Assembly: GCA_947475655.1 (NCBI GenBank)
Contig: CANJOB010000001.1
Span: 1-59,082, forward strand
Length of the DNA stretch: 59,082 nucleotides
Source: Caulobacterales bacterium
Lineage (GTDB): Bacteria > Pseudomonadota > Alphaproteobacteria > Caulobacterales > Caulobacteraceae
Reading direction: 5' to 3'
Positions 37,159-47,529 of the stretch are shown piece by piece. The notes below the pieces were generated by a model that saw only the letters and a list, made by a program, of their open reading frames with translations, searched no databases and was not told the origin of the DNA. Numbering within the stretch: position 1 is the first letter of the stretch; each line of letters starts with the position of its first letter. A program made the position numbers and the translations under genes.

Positions 37159-38295
37159 ATGTCGCAAGAGATCGAGCCCTTCCACGCCATCGCCATCGGC
37201 CGCCTGGCCAACCAGCTGCAGGCCGAGGGGCGCTCCATCATCCATATGGAGTTCGGCCAGCCATCAACCGGCGCGCCGAGCGCGGCCATCGCCTGCGCCC
37301 ACAAGATCCTGGACAGCGAGCCCGGCAGCTACTGGGAGAGCCCGGCGCTGAAGGACCGGCTGTCGCGCCACTACGCCGAAACCTATGGGGTCGAGGTTTC
37401 CCCCGAGCGGTTCATCCTCACCTGCGGCGCCTCGCCGGCCCTGGTGCTGGCCCTGGCCTCCAGCTTCTCGCCGGGCGACCGGGTGGCTCTGGCGCGGCCG
37501 GGCTACGTCGCCTACCGCAATTGCCTCAAGGCCCTACACATGACGCCTGTAGAGATCGCCTGCGGCGAGGCGGAGCGGTTCCAGCTCACCGCCGCGGCCC
37601 TGGCGGCGCTCGATCCCGCGCCGGCGGGGGTGATCATCGCCAGCCCGGCCAACCCGACCGGCACGATCATCGCGCAGGACGAGATGGCGGCCATCGCGAA
37701 GGTCTGCGCCCAACGCGGCATCCGCATCGTGTCGGACGAGATCTACCACGGCCTGACCTATGTCGGCCGGGCGCGGTCGATGCTGGAGTTCGCCCCCGAC
37801 TGCCTAGTGGTCAACAGCTTCTCGAAATACTTCAGCATGGTCGGCTGGCGGCTGGGCTGGCTGCTGGTTCCCGCCGAGCACACCCATCGGGCGCGGGCCT
37901 ATATGGGCAACCTGTTCCTGACCGCCCCCACTTTAAGCCAACACGCCGGCCTGGCGGCCCTGGACAGCCGCGAGGAACTGGAGGGCCATGTCGAGGTCTA
38001 CCGCCGCAACCGCCAGCTGCTGCTCGACGCCCTGCCGTCGCTGGGTCTGGCGACCATCGCCCCGCCGGATGGCGCCTTCTACATCTATGCCGACATCGGC
38101 CACCTGACCAACGACAGCCTGGCCTTCTGCGAGAAACTGCTGCGCGACACCGGGGTGGCCACGGCCTCGGGCGTCGACTTCGACCCGGAGAACGGCCGCC
38201 GCTTCATCCGCTTCAGTTTCGCGGTCTCGACGCCGGAGGTGGAGGACGCCTTGAACCGCCTGCGGCCATGGTTCGCGGCCTATCCGACGCGATAG
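37159..38295 (+). CDS. PLP-dependent aminotransferase class I/II
   Basis: SPANPTG, SDEIYHG and SFSKYFSMVGWRLGW motifs. Confidence 0.92.
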   Translation: MSQEIEPFHAIAIGRLANQLQAEGRSIIHMEFGQPSTGAPSAAIACAHKILDSEPGSYWESPALKDRLSRHYAETYGVEVSPERFILTCGASPALVLALASSFSPGDRVALARPGYVAYRNCLKALHMTPVEIACGEAERFQLTAAALAALDPAPAGVIIASPANPTGTIIAQDEMAAIAKVCAQRGIRIVSDEIYHGLTYVGRARSMLEFAPDCLVVNSFSKYFSMVGWRLGWLLVPAEHTHRARAYMGNLFLTAPTLSQHAGLAALDSREELEGHVEVYRRNRQLLLDALPSLGLATIAPPDGAFYIYADIGHLTNDSLAFCEKLLRDTGVATASGVDFDPENGRRFIRFSFAVSTPEVEDALNRLRPWFAAYPTR

Positions 38296-38443
38296 CCCCT
38301 AGGCGTGGTTGCGCCGCCACGAACCGCCGGGTTCCAGCCTTAGCCGCGCGCGACAAGATTTTTGGCGCTGGCGCATCTTCCTGATAATTACTGCCAAGTT
38401 CAAAAAACAGCGGCGGGATTCGCCGGCATAGAGGGAGGGCGGC

Positions 38444-39652
38444 ATGGATAGCGGCGATACGGCGTGGGTCATGACCGCGACAGCCCTGGTGCTGTTCATG
38501 ACGCTGCCCGGGCTGGCCCTGTTCTACGGCGGGCTGGTGCGGCAGAAGAACCTGCTGTCGGTGATGATGCACTGCGTCGCCATCGCCTGCCTCAGCTCCC
38601 TGGCCTGGTTGGCCATAGGCTACAGCCTGGTGTTCGACGGCGCCGCACCGCTGATCGGCGGGACCTCGAAGGCCATGCTGCTGAGCGTCAGCCGCGGCGA
38701 CCTGACGGGCAAGCTGCCGGAAACGGCCTTCTTCATGTTCCAGATGACCTTCGCCATCATCACCCCGGCCCTGATCGTCGGCGCCTTCGTCGAGCGGGTG
38801 AAGTTCTCCGCCGTGCTGCTGTTCAGCCTGCTGTGGCTGCTGCTGGTCTATGTGCCGGTGGCGCACTGGATCTGGGGCGGCGGCTGGCTGGCCAAGCTGG
38901 GGGTGATGGACTTCGCCGGCGGCATCGTCGTCCACGCCACCGCCGGGGTTTCGGCCCTGATGTTCGCCAAGGCGCTTGGTCCGCGCGAGGGCTTCCCCAG
39001 GAACCTCGAACCGCCGCACAGCCCGGCCCTGACCATGATGGGCGCCGGCATGCTGTGGGTCGGCTGGTACGGCTTCAACGGCGGCAGCGCCCTGACGGCC
39101 AACGGCGACGCGGCCATGGCCATCACCGTCACCCACCTGTCGGCCTGCGCCGCCGGCATGACCTGGGCCGGGCTGGAGTGGATCAAGTTCGGCAGGCCCA
39201 GCCTGATGGGCGCGGTGACCGGGGTGGTGGCCGGGCTGGCGACCGTGACCCCGGCGTCCGGCTTCATCGGCCCGATCGGCGGCGTGGCCTTAGGCTTGGC
39301 GGGCGGGGCGCTGTGCTTCGTCTGTGTCGGCCCGGTCAAGCAGCGCCTGAAGATCGACGACAGCCTCGACGTCTTCGCCGTGCACGGGGTCGGCGGCATG
39401 CTGGGCGCCCTGCTGGCGGCGGTGTTCGCGCTCGAGAGCCTGGGAGGGGTCGGCTATCCGGTCACCGGCGGCATGGCGGCACAGTTCAAGGCGCAGGCGA
39501 TCGGCCTGGCCGCCGCGGTGGCCTGGACCGTCGCGGCGACGGCCGTGATCCTGTTCGTGTGCGGCAAGCTCGGCGGGTTGCGGGCGGGCGACCTGGAGAT
39601 CGAGGACGGCCTGGACCTCTCCTCGCACGGCGAGCGCGCCAGCCCGACCTAG
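38444..39652 (+). CDS. amtB: Ammonium transporter
   Basis: PGLALFYGG, FQMTFAIIT, DFAGGIVVH, GWYGFNGGS and DDSLDVFAVHG motifs. Confidence 0.95.
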   Translation: MDSGDTAWVMTATALVLFMTLPGLALFYGGLVRQKNLLSVMMHCVAIACLSSLAWLAIGYSLVFDGAAPLIGGTSKAMLLSVSRGDLTGKLPETAFFMFQMTFAIITPALIVGAFVERVKFSAVLLFSLLWLLLVYVPVAHWIWGGGWLAKLGVMDFAGGIVVHATAGVSALMFAKALGPREGFPRNLEPPHSPALTMMGAGMLWVGWYGFNGGSALTANGDAAMAITVTHLSACAAGMTWAGLEWIKFGRPSLMGAVTGVVAGLATVTPASGFIGPIGGVALGLAGGALCFVCVGPVKQRLKIDDSLDVFAVHGVGGMLGALLAAVFALESLGGVGYPVTGGMAAQFKAQAIGLAAAVAWTVAATAVILFVCGKLGGLRAGDLEIEDGLDLSSHGERASPT

Positions 39653-39654
39653 CG

Positions 39655-40290
39655 CTACATCTTCATCTGGTGCTGGGCCGGCGCGTTCGGCCGCATCTCG
39701 ACACGGCTTTCATGGCGCAGCACGCCCTGGGCGGGGAGGTTCACCGCCACGGCGATCTCGTTGTCCTTTGCGCGCATCGACGGATGCCAGACCCGTGCCG
39801 TGGCCGCCCCGGCCGGCAGGGCGGGGATCAGGGCGACGCCGTCGATGCCGGTTTTTATAGCGAACGGCGTGTCGACCACCTTGATGAAGCCGACCATCTG
39901 ATCATGGATGTTGCAACCGATGGCGGCGACCCCGGCGGCCTTGAAGGTGACGGTGCGCGCCTGCTCGCGGCCATAGAGCTTCAACTCGAACCGGTTGCCG
40001 GCCGAGAACGAATAGACATGGTGACGCACCTTGTCCTGGTTGGGGAAGGCGACGACGGCGCCCACCGGCGCCACCAGCACGAACGGATCGAACTGCAGGT
40101 CGTGCTGCGACACCGTCATCGGCCAGGGAAAGCGGGCCGGCGCCCTTGGCGCCCCGCCGGCCGGATAGACCGTCACCACGGCGTTGGCGACCGGCCGGCC
40201 GAGGGTGTCGCGCACGGTCAGGCTGAGATCGCCGGCCAAGGCGGCGCCGGGCAGGGCGATGGCGGCCAGCAACAGGGCGATCAGCTTCAT
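39655..40290 (-). CDS. Exported cupredoxin-domain protein
   Basis: Signal peptide; FPNQD..HHVYSFS..GCNIHDQM (type-1 Cu ligands H/C/H/M). Confidence 0.85.
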   Translation of the reverse strand: MKLIALLLAAIALPGAALAGDLSLTVRDTLGRPVANAVVTVYPAGGAPRAPARFPWPMTVSQHDLQFDPFVLVAPVGAVVAFPNQDKVRHHVYSFSAGNRFELKLYGREQARTVTFKAAGVAAIGCNIHDQMVGFIKVVDTPFAIKTGIDGVALIPALPAGAATARVWHPSMRAKDNEIAVAVNLPAQGVLRHESRVEMRPNAPAQHQMKM

Positions 40291-40448
40291 CGGGGGACCA
40301 TGCCGGGCATGGGTGAAGCGGAGGTAAATCCTTTGCGGACCGGCATCCAGCTTAGCCGCCGTTAAGCCTGCCGATTAAGGGAATGGTCGCTTATCGCTGT
40401 TTAGCTAGGCGGCCTTGCCGCAGACGCGGTGACACGGAGTCTGGCGGC

Positions 40449-41324
40449 TTGCGCATCTTTCATTCCCTCGCCCTCGCGGTGGCTTCCGTTCTGGCCCTGG
40501 CCGGGTCCGCCCGGGCGGCGGACCTGCGTCCGCAATCCAAGCTGCTGTTGACCGGCGGGGTGTCGAACGTCGAGGGCGCGGGCGGCGGCGGCCTGGCCAG
40601 CTGGGCCACCACCACCGGCTACGGCGCCGCCCAGGGCGTCGGCGCAAACCTCCACGCCACCGGCGCAAAGCTCGACGACTACGAACTGCGCAGCTGGGGC
40701 GCGGCCGCCGGCCTGTTCGACCGGGTCGAGGTTTCCTACGCCCGCCAGGCGTTCGACACCGGCAAGACCGGCGCCCTGCTGGGAATCGGCAAGGGCTTCA
40801 CCTTCCACCAGGACATATGGGGCGCCAAGGCGGTGCTCGTCGGCGACGCCATATACGATCAGGACCGGCTGCTGCCGCAGATCGCGGTGGGCGTGCAACA
40901 CAAGAACAATGACCGCGACGGCCTGGTCGCGGCCCTGGGCGCGCGTAGCGACAAGGGCACGGACTACTACCTCGCGGCCACCGAGCTGTTGCTGGCGCAG
41001 AGCCTGCTGATCAACGGCACGGTGCGCTCAACGGCGGCCAATCAGTTCGGACTGCTCGGCTTCGGCGGCCCCAACGGCGGGCGCTCGACGCAGGTCGAAG
41101 GTTCGGTGGCCTGGCTGGCCAGCAAGCGTCTGGCCTTCGGCGCCGAGTACCGCAGCAAGCCCGACAACCTCGCCTTCGCTCGCGAGAACGACGCGGTTGA
41201 CGTCTTCGCCGCCTATGCACTGAACAAGAACCTGTCGGTCACCGCCGCCTATGTCGACCTGGGCGACATCGCCACGTTCAAGAACCAGCGCGGGCTCTAC
41301 CTGTCGCTGCAAGCCGGATTCTGA
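40449..41324 (+). CDS. DUF3034 family probable outer-membrane beta-barrel
   Basis: [25 protein letters not shown]-terminal YLSLQAGF; signal peptide from TTG 40449. Confidence 0.8.
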   Translation: MRIFHSLALAVASVLALAGSARAADLRPQSKLLLTGGVSNVEGAGGGGLASWATTTGYGAAQGVGANLHATGAKLDDYELRSWGAAAGLFDRVEVSYARQAFDTGKTGALLGIGKGFTFHQDIWGAKAVLVGDAIYDQDRLLPQIAVGVQHKNNDRDGLVAALGARSDKGTDYYLAATELLLAQSLLINGTVRSTAANQFGLLGFGGPNGGRSTQVEGSVAWLASKRLAFGAEYRSKPDNLAFARENDAVDVFAAYALNKNLSVTAAYVDLGDIATFKNQRGLYLSLQAGF

Positions 41325-41328
41325 TCGC

Positions 41329-41853
41329 ATGAAAACCGCTCTCGCTCTCGGCGTCCTGACAGTGGCCGTCGCCGCCATGACCCACCGCGTCGCGGCTCAG
41401 ACCCCCGCCCCCGCACCCGCCTGGGCCGTGCCCGGCGAGGAGGTGGTCGATCCTTATGCGGTATCGGACGCCAACGCCGGCGCGACGCCGCTGGCGGACA
41501 GGGCCGTGTTCGAGGCCTTTCACGGCAAGGCCGGAATCGACCGCATCATCGACGACCTGGTCGATCGCAGCTTCACCGACCCGCGCACCAAGGATATCTT
41601 CGTCGCCTTCGACCGCGTGCGGATCAAGCGCACCTTAAGCGAACAGGTCTGCCACGTGCTCGGCGGCGGCTGCGCCTACACCGGCCGCGACATGGCCGCG
41701 GCGCACAAGGACATGGGGCTGGTCGGTTCGGACATGAACGCCCTGGTCGAGAATCTGCAGCTGGCCATGGACAGGGAAGGCGTGCCGTTCGGCGCGCAGA
41801 ACCGACTGCTGGCCAAGCTGGCGCCGATGAAGCGCGAGATGAGCACTCGCTAA
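41329..41853 (+). CDS. Group 1 truncated hemoglobin with signal peptide
   Basis: L.EQ.C..LGGGC.YTGRDM..AH..M and NRLLAKLAPM motifs; hydrophobic N-terminus. Confidence 0.88.
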   Translation: MKTALALGVLTVAVAAMTHRVAAQTPAPAPAWAVPGEEVVDPYAVSDANAGATPLADRAVFEAFHGKAGIDRIIDDLVDRSFTDPRTKDIFVAFDRVRIKRTLSEQVCHVLGGGCAYTGRDMAAAHKDMGLVGSDMNALVENLQLAMDREGVPFGAQNRLLAKLAPMKREMSTR

Positions 41854-41863
41854 AACGGTCCGC

Positions 41864-42652
41864 TTACGACGTCGTCGGCATCTGGCCGCCGTCGACCCGC
41901 ACCACCGATCCGGTGATGTAGCTGGCGGGCTTGCCGGCCAGGAACACGGCCATGGCGGCGTACTCGGCCGGATCGCCAAGGCGCCCCATCGGAATGGCGG
42001 CCAGGTTCTCGGCCTTCACTTCCTCGGCGTCGCGGTTCTGGCGCTGCGCCTGGGCGTTGTCGAGGAAGGCGATGCGGTCGGTGGCGATGCGCCCCGGCAC
42101 CAGGATGTTGGTCGTCACCCCGTCCTTGGCGATTTCCTTCGACAGGGTCTTCGACCAGCCATGCAGCACGGCGCGCAGGCTGTTGGACATGGCCATGTTG
42201 GGCAGCGGCACCTGAATGGTCGAGGAGGTGCTGGTGATGATGCGGCCCCAGCCGCGCTGACGCATGCCGGGCAGCACCGCGTCGGTGATGGCGATCAGCG
42301 GCACGATCATGGCCTGGAAACTGCTCTGCCAAAGCTCCGGGTCCTGCGCGGCGGCAGGCGTCGGCGGAGGGCCGCCGCCGTTGTTGATCAGAATCTCCAC
42401 CGGGCCGAGCGCCTTCTCGATGGCGGCGATATTGCCGGGGATGACGCTGAGGTCCTTCAGGTCCCATTGGATCGGCAGGACCTTGACGCCTTCCGCCTCC
42501 AGGAGCGCGGCGGTGTTGGCCAGTTCGTCGGCGCGGCGGGCGGCGATGGCGACGTTGACGCCCTCCTTGGCCAAGCCGATGGCGATGGCCTTGCCCAGGC
42601 CGCTGCTGGCGCCGAGCACCAAGGCTGTCTTGCCGGAAATTCCGAGATCCAT
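41864..42652 (-). CDS. SDR oxidoreductase
   Basis: GASSGLG, NNGGGPP, GWGRII and PGRIATDR motifs. Confidence 0.9.
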   Translation of the reverse strand: MDLGISGKTALVLGASSGLGKAIAIGLAKEGVNVAIAARRADELANTAALLEAEGVKVLPIQWDLKDLSVIPGNIAAIEKALGPVEILINNGGGPPPTPAAAQDPELWQSSFQAMIVPLIAITDAVLPGMRQRGWGRIITSTSSTIQVPLPNMAMSNSLRAVLHGWSKTLSKEIAKDGVTTNILVPGRIATDRIAFLDNAQAQRQNRDAEEVKAENLAAIPMGRLGDPAEYAAMAVFLAGKPASYITGSVVRVDGGQMPTTS

Positions 42653-42735
42653 GTTCCCTGTCCCGTCTTGTCGTTAGAGGTCAGCTTTGTCGGTGAAGCG
42701 ATCCGACTTCAAGCGCAGCATTGCTTTCAGGCCTG

Positions 42736-43914
42736 TCAGAAGAAGGCCTGCAGCCCGGTCTGGGCGCGGCCCAGGATCAGGGCGTGGATGTCGTGGGTGC
42801 CCTCGTAGGTGTTGACCACTTCCAGGTTGCACATGTGGCGCATGACGTGGAATTCGTCGGAGACGCCGTTGCCGCCGTGCATGTCGCGCGCCTCGCGGGC
42901 GATGCCGAGCGCCTTGCCGGCGCTGTTGCGCTTGATGATCGAGATCATCTCCGGGGACGCCTTGCCCTCGTCCATCAGCCGGCCGACGCGCAGGCAGGCC
43001 TGCAGGCCGAGCGCGATCTCCACCTGCATCTCGACCAGCTTCTTCTGAAAGAGCTGGGTGCCGGCCAGAGGCTTGTCGAACTGTTTGCGCTCCAGGCCGT
43101 AATTGCGCGCCGCCAGCCAGCAGAACTCCGCCGCGCCCAGCGCGCCCCAGGAGATGCCGTAGCGGGCCTTGTTGAGGCAGCCGAACGGGCCTGACAGTCC
43201 AGAGGCGTTGGGCAGCAGGGCGTCCTCGGGAACCTTGCAGTCCTCCAGCACGATCTCGCCGGTGACCGAGGCGCGCAGGGCCAGCTTGCCCTCGATCTTG
43301 GGGGTGGAGAAGCCGGGCGCGCCGCGCTCGACGACGAAGCCACGGATCTTGCCGTCCAGCTTGGCCCAGACCACCGCCAGGTCGGCGACCGGGCTGTTGC
43401 TGATCCAGGTTTTGGCGCCGTTGAGGACATAGCCGCCGTCGACCTTGTCGGCGCGGGTGACCATGCTGCCGGGGTCGGAGCCGTGGTTGGGCTCGGTCAG
43501 GCCGAAACAGCCGATGAACTCGCCGCTGGCCAGCTTTGGCAGGTATTTGCGCCGCTGCGCCTCGGTCCCGTAGGCGAAGATCGGGTGGATCACCAGCGAG
43601 GACTGCACGCTCATGGCCGAGCGGTAGCCGCTGTCGACGCGTTCGACCTCGCGGGCGACCAGACCGTAGGCGACATGGCCGGCGTCGACACCGCCGTACT
43701 GCTCCGGCAGGGTGACGCCGAGCAGGCCAAGAGCGCCCATCTCGCGCATGATCTCAGCGTCGAAGCGCTCCTCGCGGTAGGCGGTCAGCACGCGCGGCTG
43801 CAGCTCGCCCTGGGCGTAGTCGCGGGCGGCGTCGCGGATGGCGCGCTCGTCGCCGGTCAGCTGGTCCTCCAGCCGGAAGGGGTCGTTCCAGTCGAAGGGG
43901 GCGTAGTCAGCCAT
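42736..43914 (-). CDS. gcdH: Glutaryl-CoA dehydrogenase
   Basis: [29 protein letters not shown] and [15 protein letters not shown] motifs. Confidence 0.9.
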   Translation of the reverse strand: MADYAPFDWNDPFRLEDQLTGDERAIRDAARDYAQGELQPRVLTAYREERFDAEIMREMGALGLLGVTLPEQYGGVDAGHVAYGLVAREVERVDSGYRSAMSVQSSLVIHPIFAYGTEAQRRKYLPKLASGEFIGCFGLTEPNHGSDPGSMVTRADKVDGGYVLNGAKTWISNSPVADLAVVWAKLDGKIRGFVVERGAPGFSTPKIEGKLALRASVTGEIVLEDCKVPEDALLPNASGLSGPFGCLNKARYGISWGALGAAEFCWLAARNYGLERKQFDKPLAGTQLFQKKLVEMQVEIALGLQACLRVGRLMDEGKASPEMISIIKRNSAGKALGIAREARDMHGGNGVSDEFHVMRHMCNLEVVNTYEGTHDIHALILGRAQTGLQAFF

Positions 43915-44954
43915 CAGTCTTGTTCTCCTTGAGGCGCCGGCGGATAGGCGTGGGTCTCACCCCACGGATCCCGCACCCGGCCATTTTCCAGATAGTCCGG
44001 CCCGACCGGAACCTTGCCGTGGCCGCCGGGGATATCCAGCACATAGGCCGGCTGCGCAAGGCCCGACAGGTCGCCGCGCAGCTGGCGCATCAGCGCCTGG
44101 CCCTGCGCGATCGAGGTGCGGAAGGCGCCGGACCCCGGGGCCAGGTCGCCCTGGTGCAGGTAGTAGGGCTTGATCCGCGTCTCGACGAAGGCGCGCATCA
44201 GGTCGGCCAGGGTCGCCGCGTCGTCGTTGACCCCGGCCAGCAGCACGGTCTGGCTGACCATGGGGACGCCGGCGTCGATCAGGCGGGCGCAGGCAGCGCG
44301 GGCGGCGGGGGTCAGTTCGCGCGCGTGGTTGGCGTGCAGGGCGACGAACACCGCCTGGCCGCCGGCCTTGAGCGCCGCGACCAGGTCCGGCGTGATCGCC
44401 GCCGGATCGACCGCCGGGACGCGCGTGTGCAGGCGCACCACCTTCACATGATCGATCTGGCCAAGCCGCAGCATCACCTCGCGCAGCCGGCGCGGCGAGA
44501 GCACCAGCGGATCGCCGCCGGTCAGGATCACCTCCCAGATGGCGCTGTCGGCGGCGATGTAGGCCATGGCCGCGTCCAGGGCGGCGGGGGCCAGGGCGCC
44601 GGCGCCAGGCCGCCCCACCGTCTCGCGGCGGAAGCAGAAGCGGCAGTAGACGGCGCAGATGTGGTTGAGCTTGAGCAGCACCCGGTCCGGGTAGCGGTGA
44701 ACGATCCCCTCGACCGGGGTGTGGGTGTCGTCGCCGATCGGGTCGGCGCGCTCGATCGGGTCGTGGTCCAGCTCGCCGGCGTGTGGCACGAACTGGCGGG
44801 CAATGGGGTCGGCGGCGTCCCGCGGGTCGATCAGGGCCGCCATGTCCTGCGTGATGGCCACGGCGTAGCGCGCCGCCACCGCGCTCAAGGCGGGCACGCG
44901 CTCGGGCTCGATCAGGCTGGCCTCGGCCAGGGCGGGAAGGTCGCGCAGGGTCAC
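43914..44954 (-). CDS. epmB: Lysine 2,3-aminomutase, EF-P modification
   Basis: [19 protein letters not shown] and LTGGDPL motifs; adjacent to epmA and efp. Confidence 0.9.
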   Translation of the reverse strand: MTLRDLPALAEASLIEPERVPALSAVAARYAVAITQDMAALIDPRDAADPIARQFVPHAGELDHDPIERADPIGDDTHTPVEGIVHRYPDRVLLKLNHICAVYCRFCFRRETVGRPGAGALAPAALDAAMAYIAADSAIWEVILTGGDPLVLSPRRLREVMLRLGQIDHVKVVRLHTRVPAVDPAAITPDLVAALKAGGQAVFVALHANHARELTPAARAACARLIDAGVPMVSQTVLLAGVNDDAATLADLMRAFVETRIKPYYLHQGDLAPGSGAFRTSIAQGQALMRQLRGDLSGLAQPAYVLDIPGGHGKVPVGPDYLENGRVRDPWGETHAYPPAPQGEQD

Positions 44955-44973
44955 GGCGTGGTCATTCCCACGG

Positions 44974-45996
44974 TTAGGCCACCGGCGTCCACAGCACCTG
45001 CTCGATGCGCTGGGCCCCCGCCGCCAGCATCACCAGCCGGTCGAAGCCTAAGGCCGCGCCACAGGCCGGGGGCATCCGGCCCAGGGCCTCAAGGAAGTCC
45101 TCGTCGATCGGATAGGCCGCGCCGTAGGTCTGCTGCTTTAAGGCCATCTCCGCCTCGAAGCGGCGGCGCTGCTCGGCCACATCGGTCAGCTCACCAAAGG
45201 CGTTGGCCAATTCAACGCCGCAGACATAGAGCTCGAACCGCTCGGCCACGGTGGGGTCGCCGGCCTTGGCGCGGGCCAGGGCCGCCTCCCGCAACGGGTA
45301 TTCGCACAGCAGGGTCGGGGCGCCGGCTCCCAGGTTCGGCTCGATCTTCTCGGTCAGCACCTTAGCGAAGATGTCGCTCCAGCTGTCGTCCACCGCCACC
45401 CGGACGCCAGCGCCCGTGGCCGCCGCCGCCAGGACCTCGCGGTCGTCATTGAGCACGAAGCCGGCATAGCGCTCGAAGGCCTTGGCCACCGTCAGGCGCT
45501 CGGGCCTGGCGAAAGGATCAGCCTCGCGGCCGCGGTAGCGGAACACCTCCGTCACCGCCGTGCGGGCCGCCAGGGCGAGCAGGGCGGCGCAGTCGTCCAT
45601 CAGCGCCTCGTAGGGCTCATCGGCCCGATACCATTCCAGCATGGTGAACTCGGGGTGGTGCAGCGGTCCGCGCTCGCGGTTGCGCCACACCTTGGCCAGG
45701 GTGAAGATTTTCGTCTCCCCCGCCGCCAGCAGGGTCTTGCAGGCGAATTCCGGCGAGGTGTGCAGGTAGAGAGGCGAGCGCTCCCCGCCCGGGCCAATGA
45801 TTTCGGTCGCAAAGCCATGCAGATGGGCCTCATTGCCGGGGGAAACCTGCAGGGCGGCGGGCTCGACCTCGGTGAAGCCTTCCTTCTCGAACCAGGCCCT
45901 CAGATTGCGCTGGACGGCGCCTCGGACCAGCAGAAACGGCCGCCGGTCGGCGTGGTTTTCGCGGGAGCGCCAGGGCGGGGACGGGTCGGAGGCCAA
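44974..45996 (-). CDS. epmA: EF-P beta-lysine ligase
   Basis: YLHTSPEFACK, RNRE..HHPEFTMLEWY, ELANAF.EL and ALGFDRL motifs; start estimated (TTG). Confidence 0.9.
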   Translation of the reverse strand: MASDPSPPWRSRENHADRRPFLLVRGAVQRNLRAWFEKEGFTEVEPAALQVSPGNEAHLHGFATEIIGPGGERSPLYLHTSPEFACKTLLAAGETKIFTLAKVWRNRERGPLHHPEFTMLEWYRADEPYEALMDDCAALLALAARTAVTEVFRYRGREADPFARPERLTVAKAFERYAGFVLNDDREVLAAAATGAGVRVAVDDSWSDIFAKVLTEKIEPNLGAGAPTLLCEYPLREAALARAKAGDPTVAERFELYVCGVELANAFGELTDVAEQRRRFEAEMALKQQTYGAAYPIDEDFLEALGRMPPACGAALGFDRLVMLAAGAQRIEQVLWTPVA

Positions 45997-46083
45997 GCGG
46001 CGGTTCTCTAAAGGCTGGAACGGACTGGCGAATTTGGGCCGGTTCGCTATAGGAGCAACCAAATCCGTTGCTAAGGGGCATTC

Positions 46084-46653
46084 ATGCCGAAGGTAATCGC
46101 CAGTTCGCTGAGGAAAGGCTCGGTCGTCGACATCGACGGCAAGCTGTACGTGGTCCTGAACGCCGAGAACATCCATCCCGGCAAGGGCACGCCGGTGACG
46201 CAGCTCAACATGCGCCGCATCAGCGACGGGGTGAAGATCTCCGAACGCTACCGCACGACCGAACAGGTCGAGCGCGCCTTCGTCGACGACCGCAACCACA
46301 CCTTCCTCTACCAGGACGGCGAGGGGTTCCACTTCATGAACCCGGAAACCTACGACCAGCTGGTCGCCACCCCCGAGGTGGTAGGCGATTCCGCCCCCTA
46401 CCTGCAGGAAGGCATGACCGTTATCCTCTCCACCCACGACGACGTCGCCATCGCCCTGGAGCTGCCGCGCACCGTGGTGCTGGAGATCAAGGACACCGAG
46501 CCCTCGGTGAAGGGCCAGACGGCGTCCTCCTCCTACAAGCCGGCGATCCTGTCGAACGGGGTGCGGACCAACGTGCCGCCCTACATCTCGCCGGGCACGC
46601 GGGTGATCATCCTCACCGAGGACGGCTCCTACCTAGAACGGGCCAAGGACTAG
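46084..46653 (+). CDS. efp: Elongation factor P
   Basis: HPGKG loop, [17 protein letters not shown]-terminus. Confidence 0.96.
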   Translation: MPKVIASSLRKGSVVDIDGKLYVVLNAENIHPGKGTPVTQLNMRRISDGVKISERYRTTEQVERAFVDDRNHTFLYQDGEGFHFMNPETYDQLVATPEVVGDSAPYLQEGMTVILSTHDDVAIALELPRTVVLEIKDTEPSVKGQTASSSYKPAILSNGVRTNVPPYISPGTRVIILTEDGSYLERAKD

Positions 46654-46726
46654 CTTTCGGCTAATAGCTTTCGGGCCCGCAACACAAGGCCTTGAAATCG
46701 CCGGTGCGGTGGGGGCAGGTCGGGGC

Positions 46727-47386
46727 ATGACCAAAGCCTTCGCCCTCGCCGCCTGCCTTGTCCTGACCCTGAGCGCCTGCGCCTCTGGACCGCCTGATCG
46801 AGGCGGCCCGCGCGGCCCCGGCGGCGGACCGCCCGGCGGCGGACCGCCCGGCGGCATCGCCCGCGAACAGCTCTTCATCAGCCCGGCCGGCGAGCCCTAC
46901 CGCGCGCCGCTGGGAGCGCCGCACCCGATCGGCGCCTGGTGGACGCGGCTGGACGCTTCGGGCGCCGGCCAGGTCGGCGAGGCGGGCCTGGTCGCCGATT
47001 TCGAGCGCTTCTTCGCCCTGGCGGACACCGACCACGACGGCGTCATCGACGGCTTCGAGGTCAATACCTACGAGCGCGACACCGTGCCGGAGATCGTCCG
47101 CGCCGTCGGGCGCGGCGGGCTGCAGGGCGCGGCGGCCTACGGCCTGCTGAACGATCCCCAGCCGATCCGCTCGGCCGACTTCAACCTCGATGGCCGCGTC
47201 ACCTTGCCGGAATACCAGCGCAAGGCGCGCGAATTGTTCGTGCGGCTCGACAAGAACCGGGACGGCCGGTTGGCGCGCGGCGAACTGCCCGAGGCCAAGG
47301 CGGCGCCCGGCGGTCCCGGCGCCGGCCCGGGCGGGAGAGGCCCGCGCGGTGGGGGGCCACCGGGCGGCGGGCGGCGTCCGCGCTAG
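46727..47386 (+). CDS. EF-hand lipoprotein with Gly/Pro-rich termini
   Basis: Lipobox LSAC; DTDHDGVID, DFNLDGRVT and DKNRDGRL EF-hand loops. Confidence 0.78.
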   Translation: MTKAFALAACLVLTLSACASGPPDRGGPRGPGGGPPGGGPPGGIAREQLFISPAGEPYRAPLGAPHPIGAWWTRLDASGAGQVGEAGLVADFERFFALADTDHDGVIDGFEVNTYERDTVPEIVRAVGRGGLQGAAAYGLLNDPQPIRSADFNLDGRVTLPEYQRKARELFVRLDKNRDGRLARGELPEAKAAPGGPGAGPGGRGPRGGGPPGGGRRPR

Positions 47387-47391
47387 TTCAT

Positions 47392-47520
47392 CCGCTCATC
47401 CCGGCGAAGGCCGGGACCCAGATGAAAAAACTCATGGCTGGCCGCCCAACCTGAATTCAGGACGCTACCGCTTCACGAGCGCCTTATGATCTGGGCCCCA
47501 GCCTTCGCCGGGGTGAGCGG
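47392..47520. repeat. REP-doublet (REPIN-like) palindrome between convergent genes
   Basis: CCGCTCATCCCGGCGAAGGCCGGGACCCAGAT ... ATCTGGGCCCCAGCCTTCGCCGGGGTGAGCGG. Confidence 0.85.
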
Positions 47521-47529
47521 TTTTTGGAG

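Noticed and set aside
38296-38443. Sigma-54 promoter upstream of amtB
   Set aside because: TGGCGC is present but not followed by a correctly spaced GC at -12
40352-40378. CtrA box in the cupredoxin/DUF3034 spacer
   Set aside because: Half-site spacings are 6 and 9 nt, not the canonical TTAA-N7-TTAA
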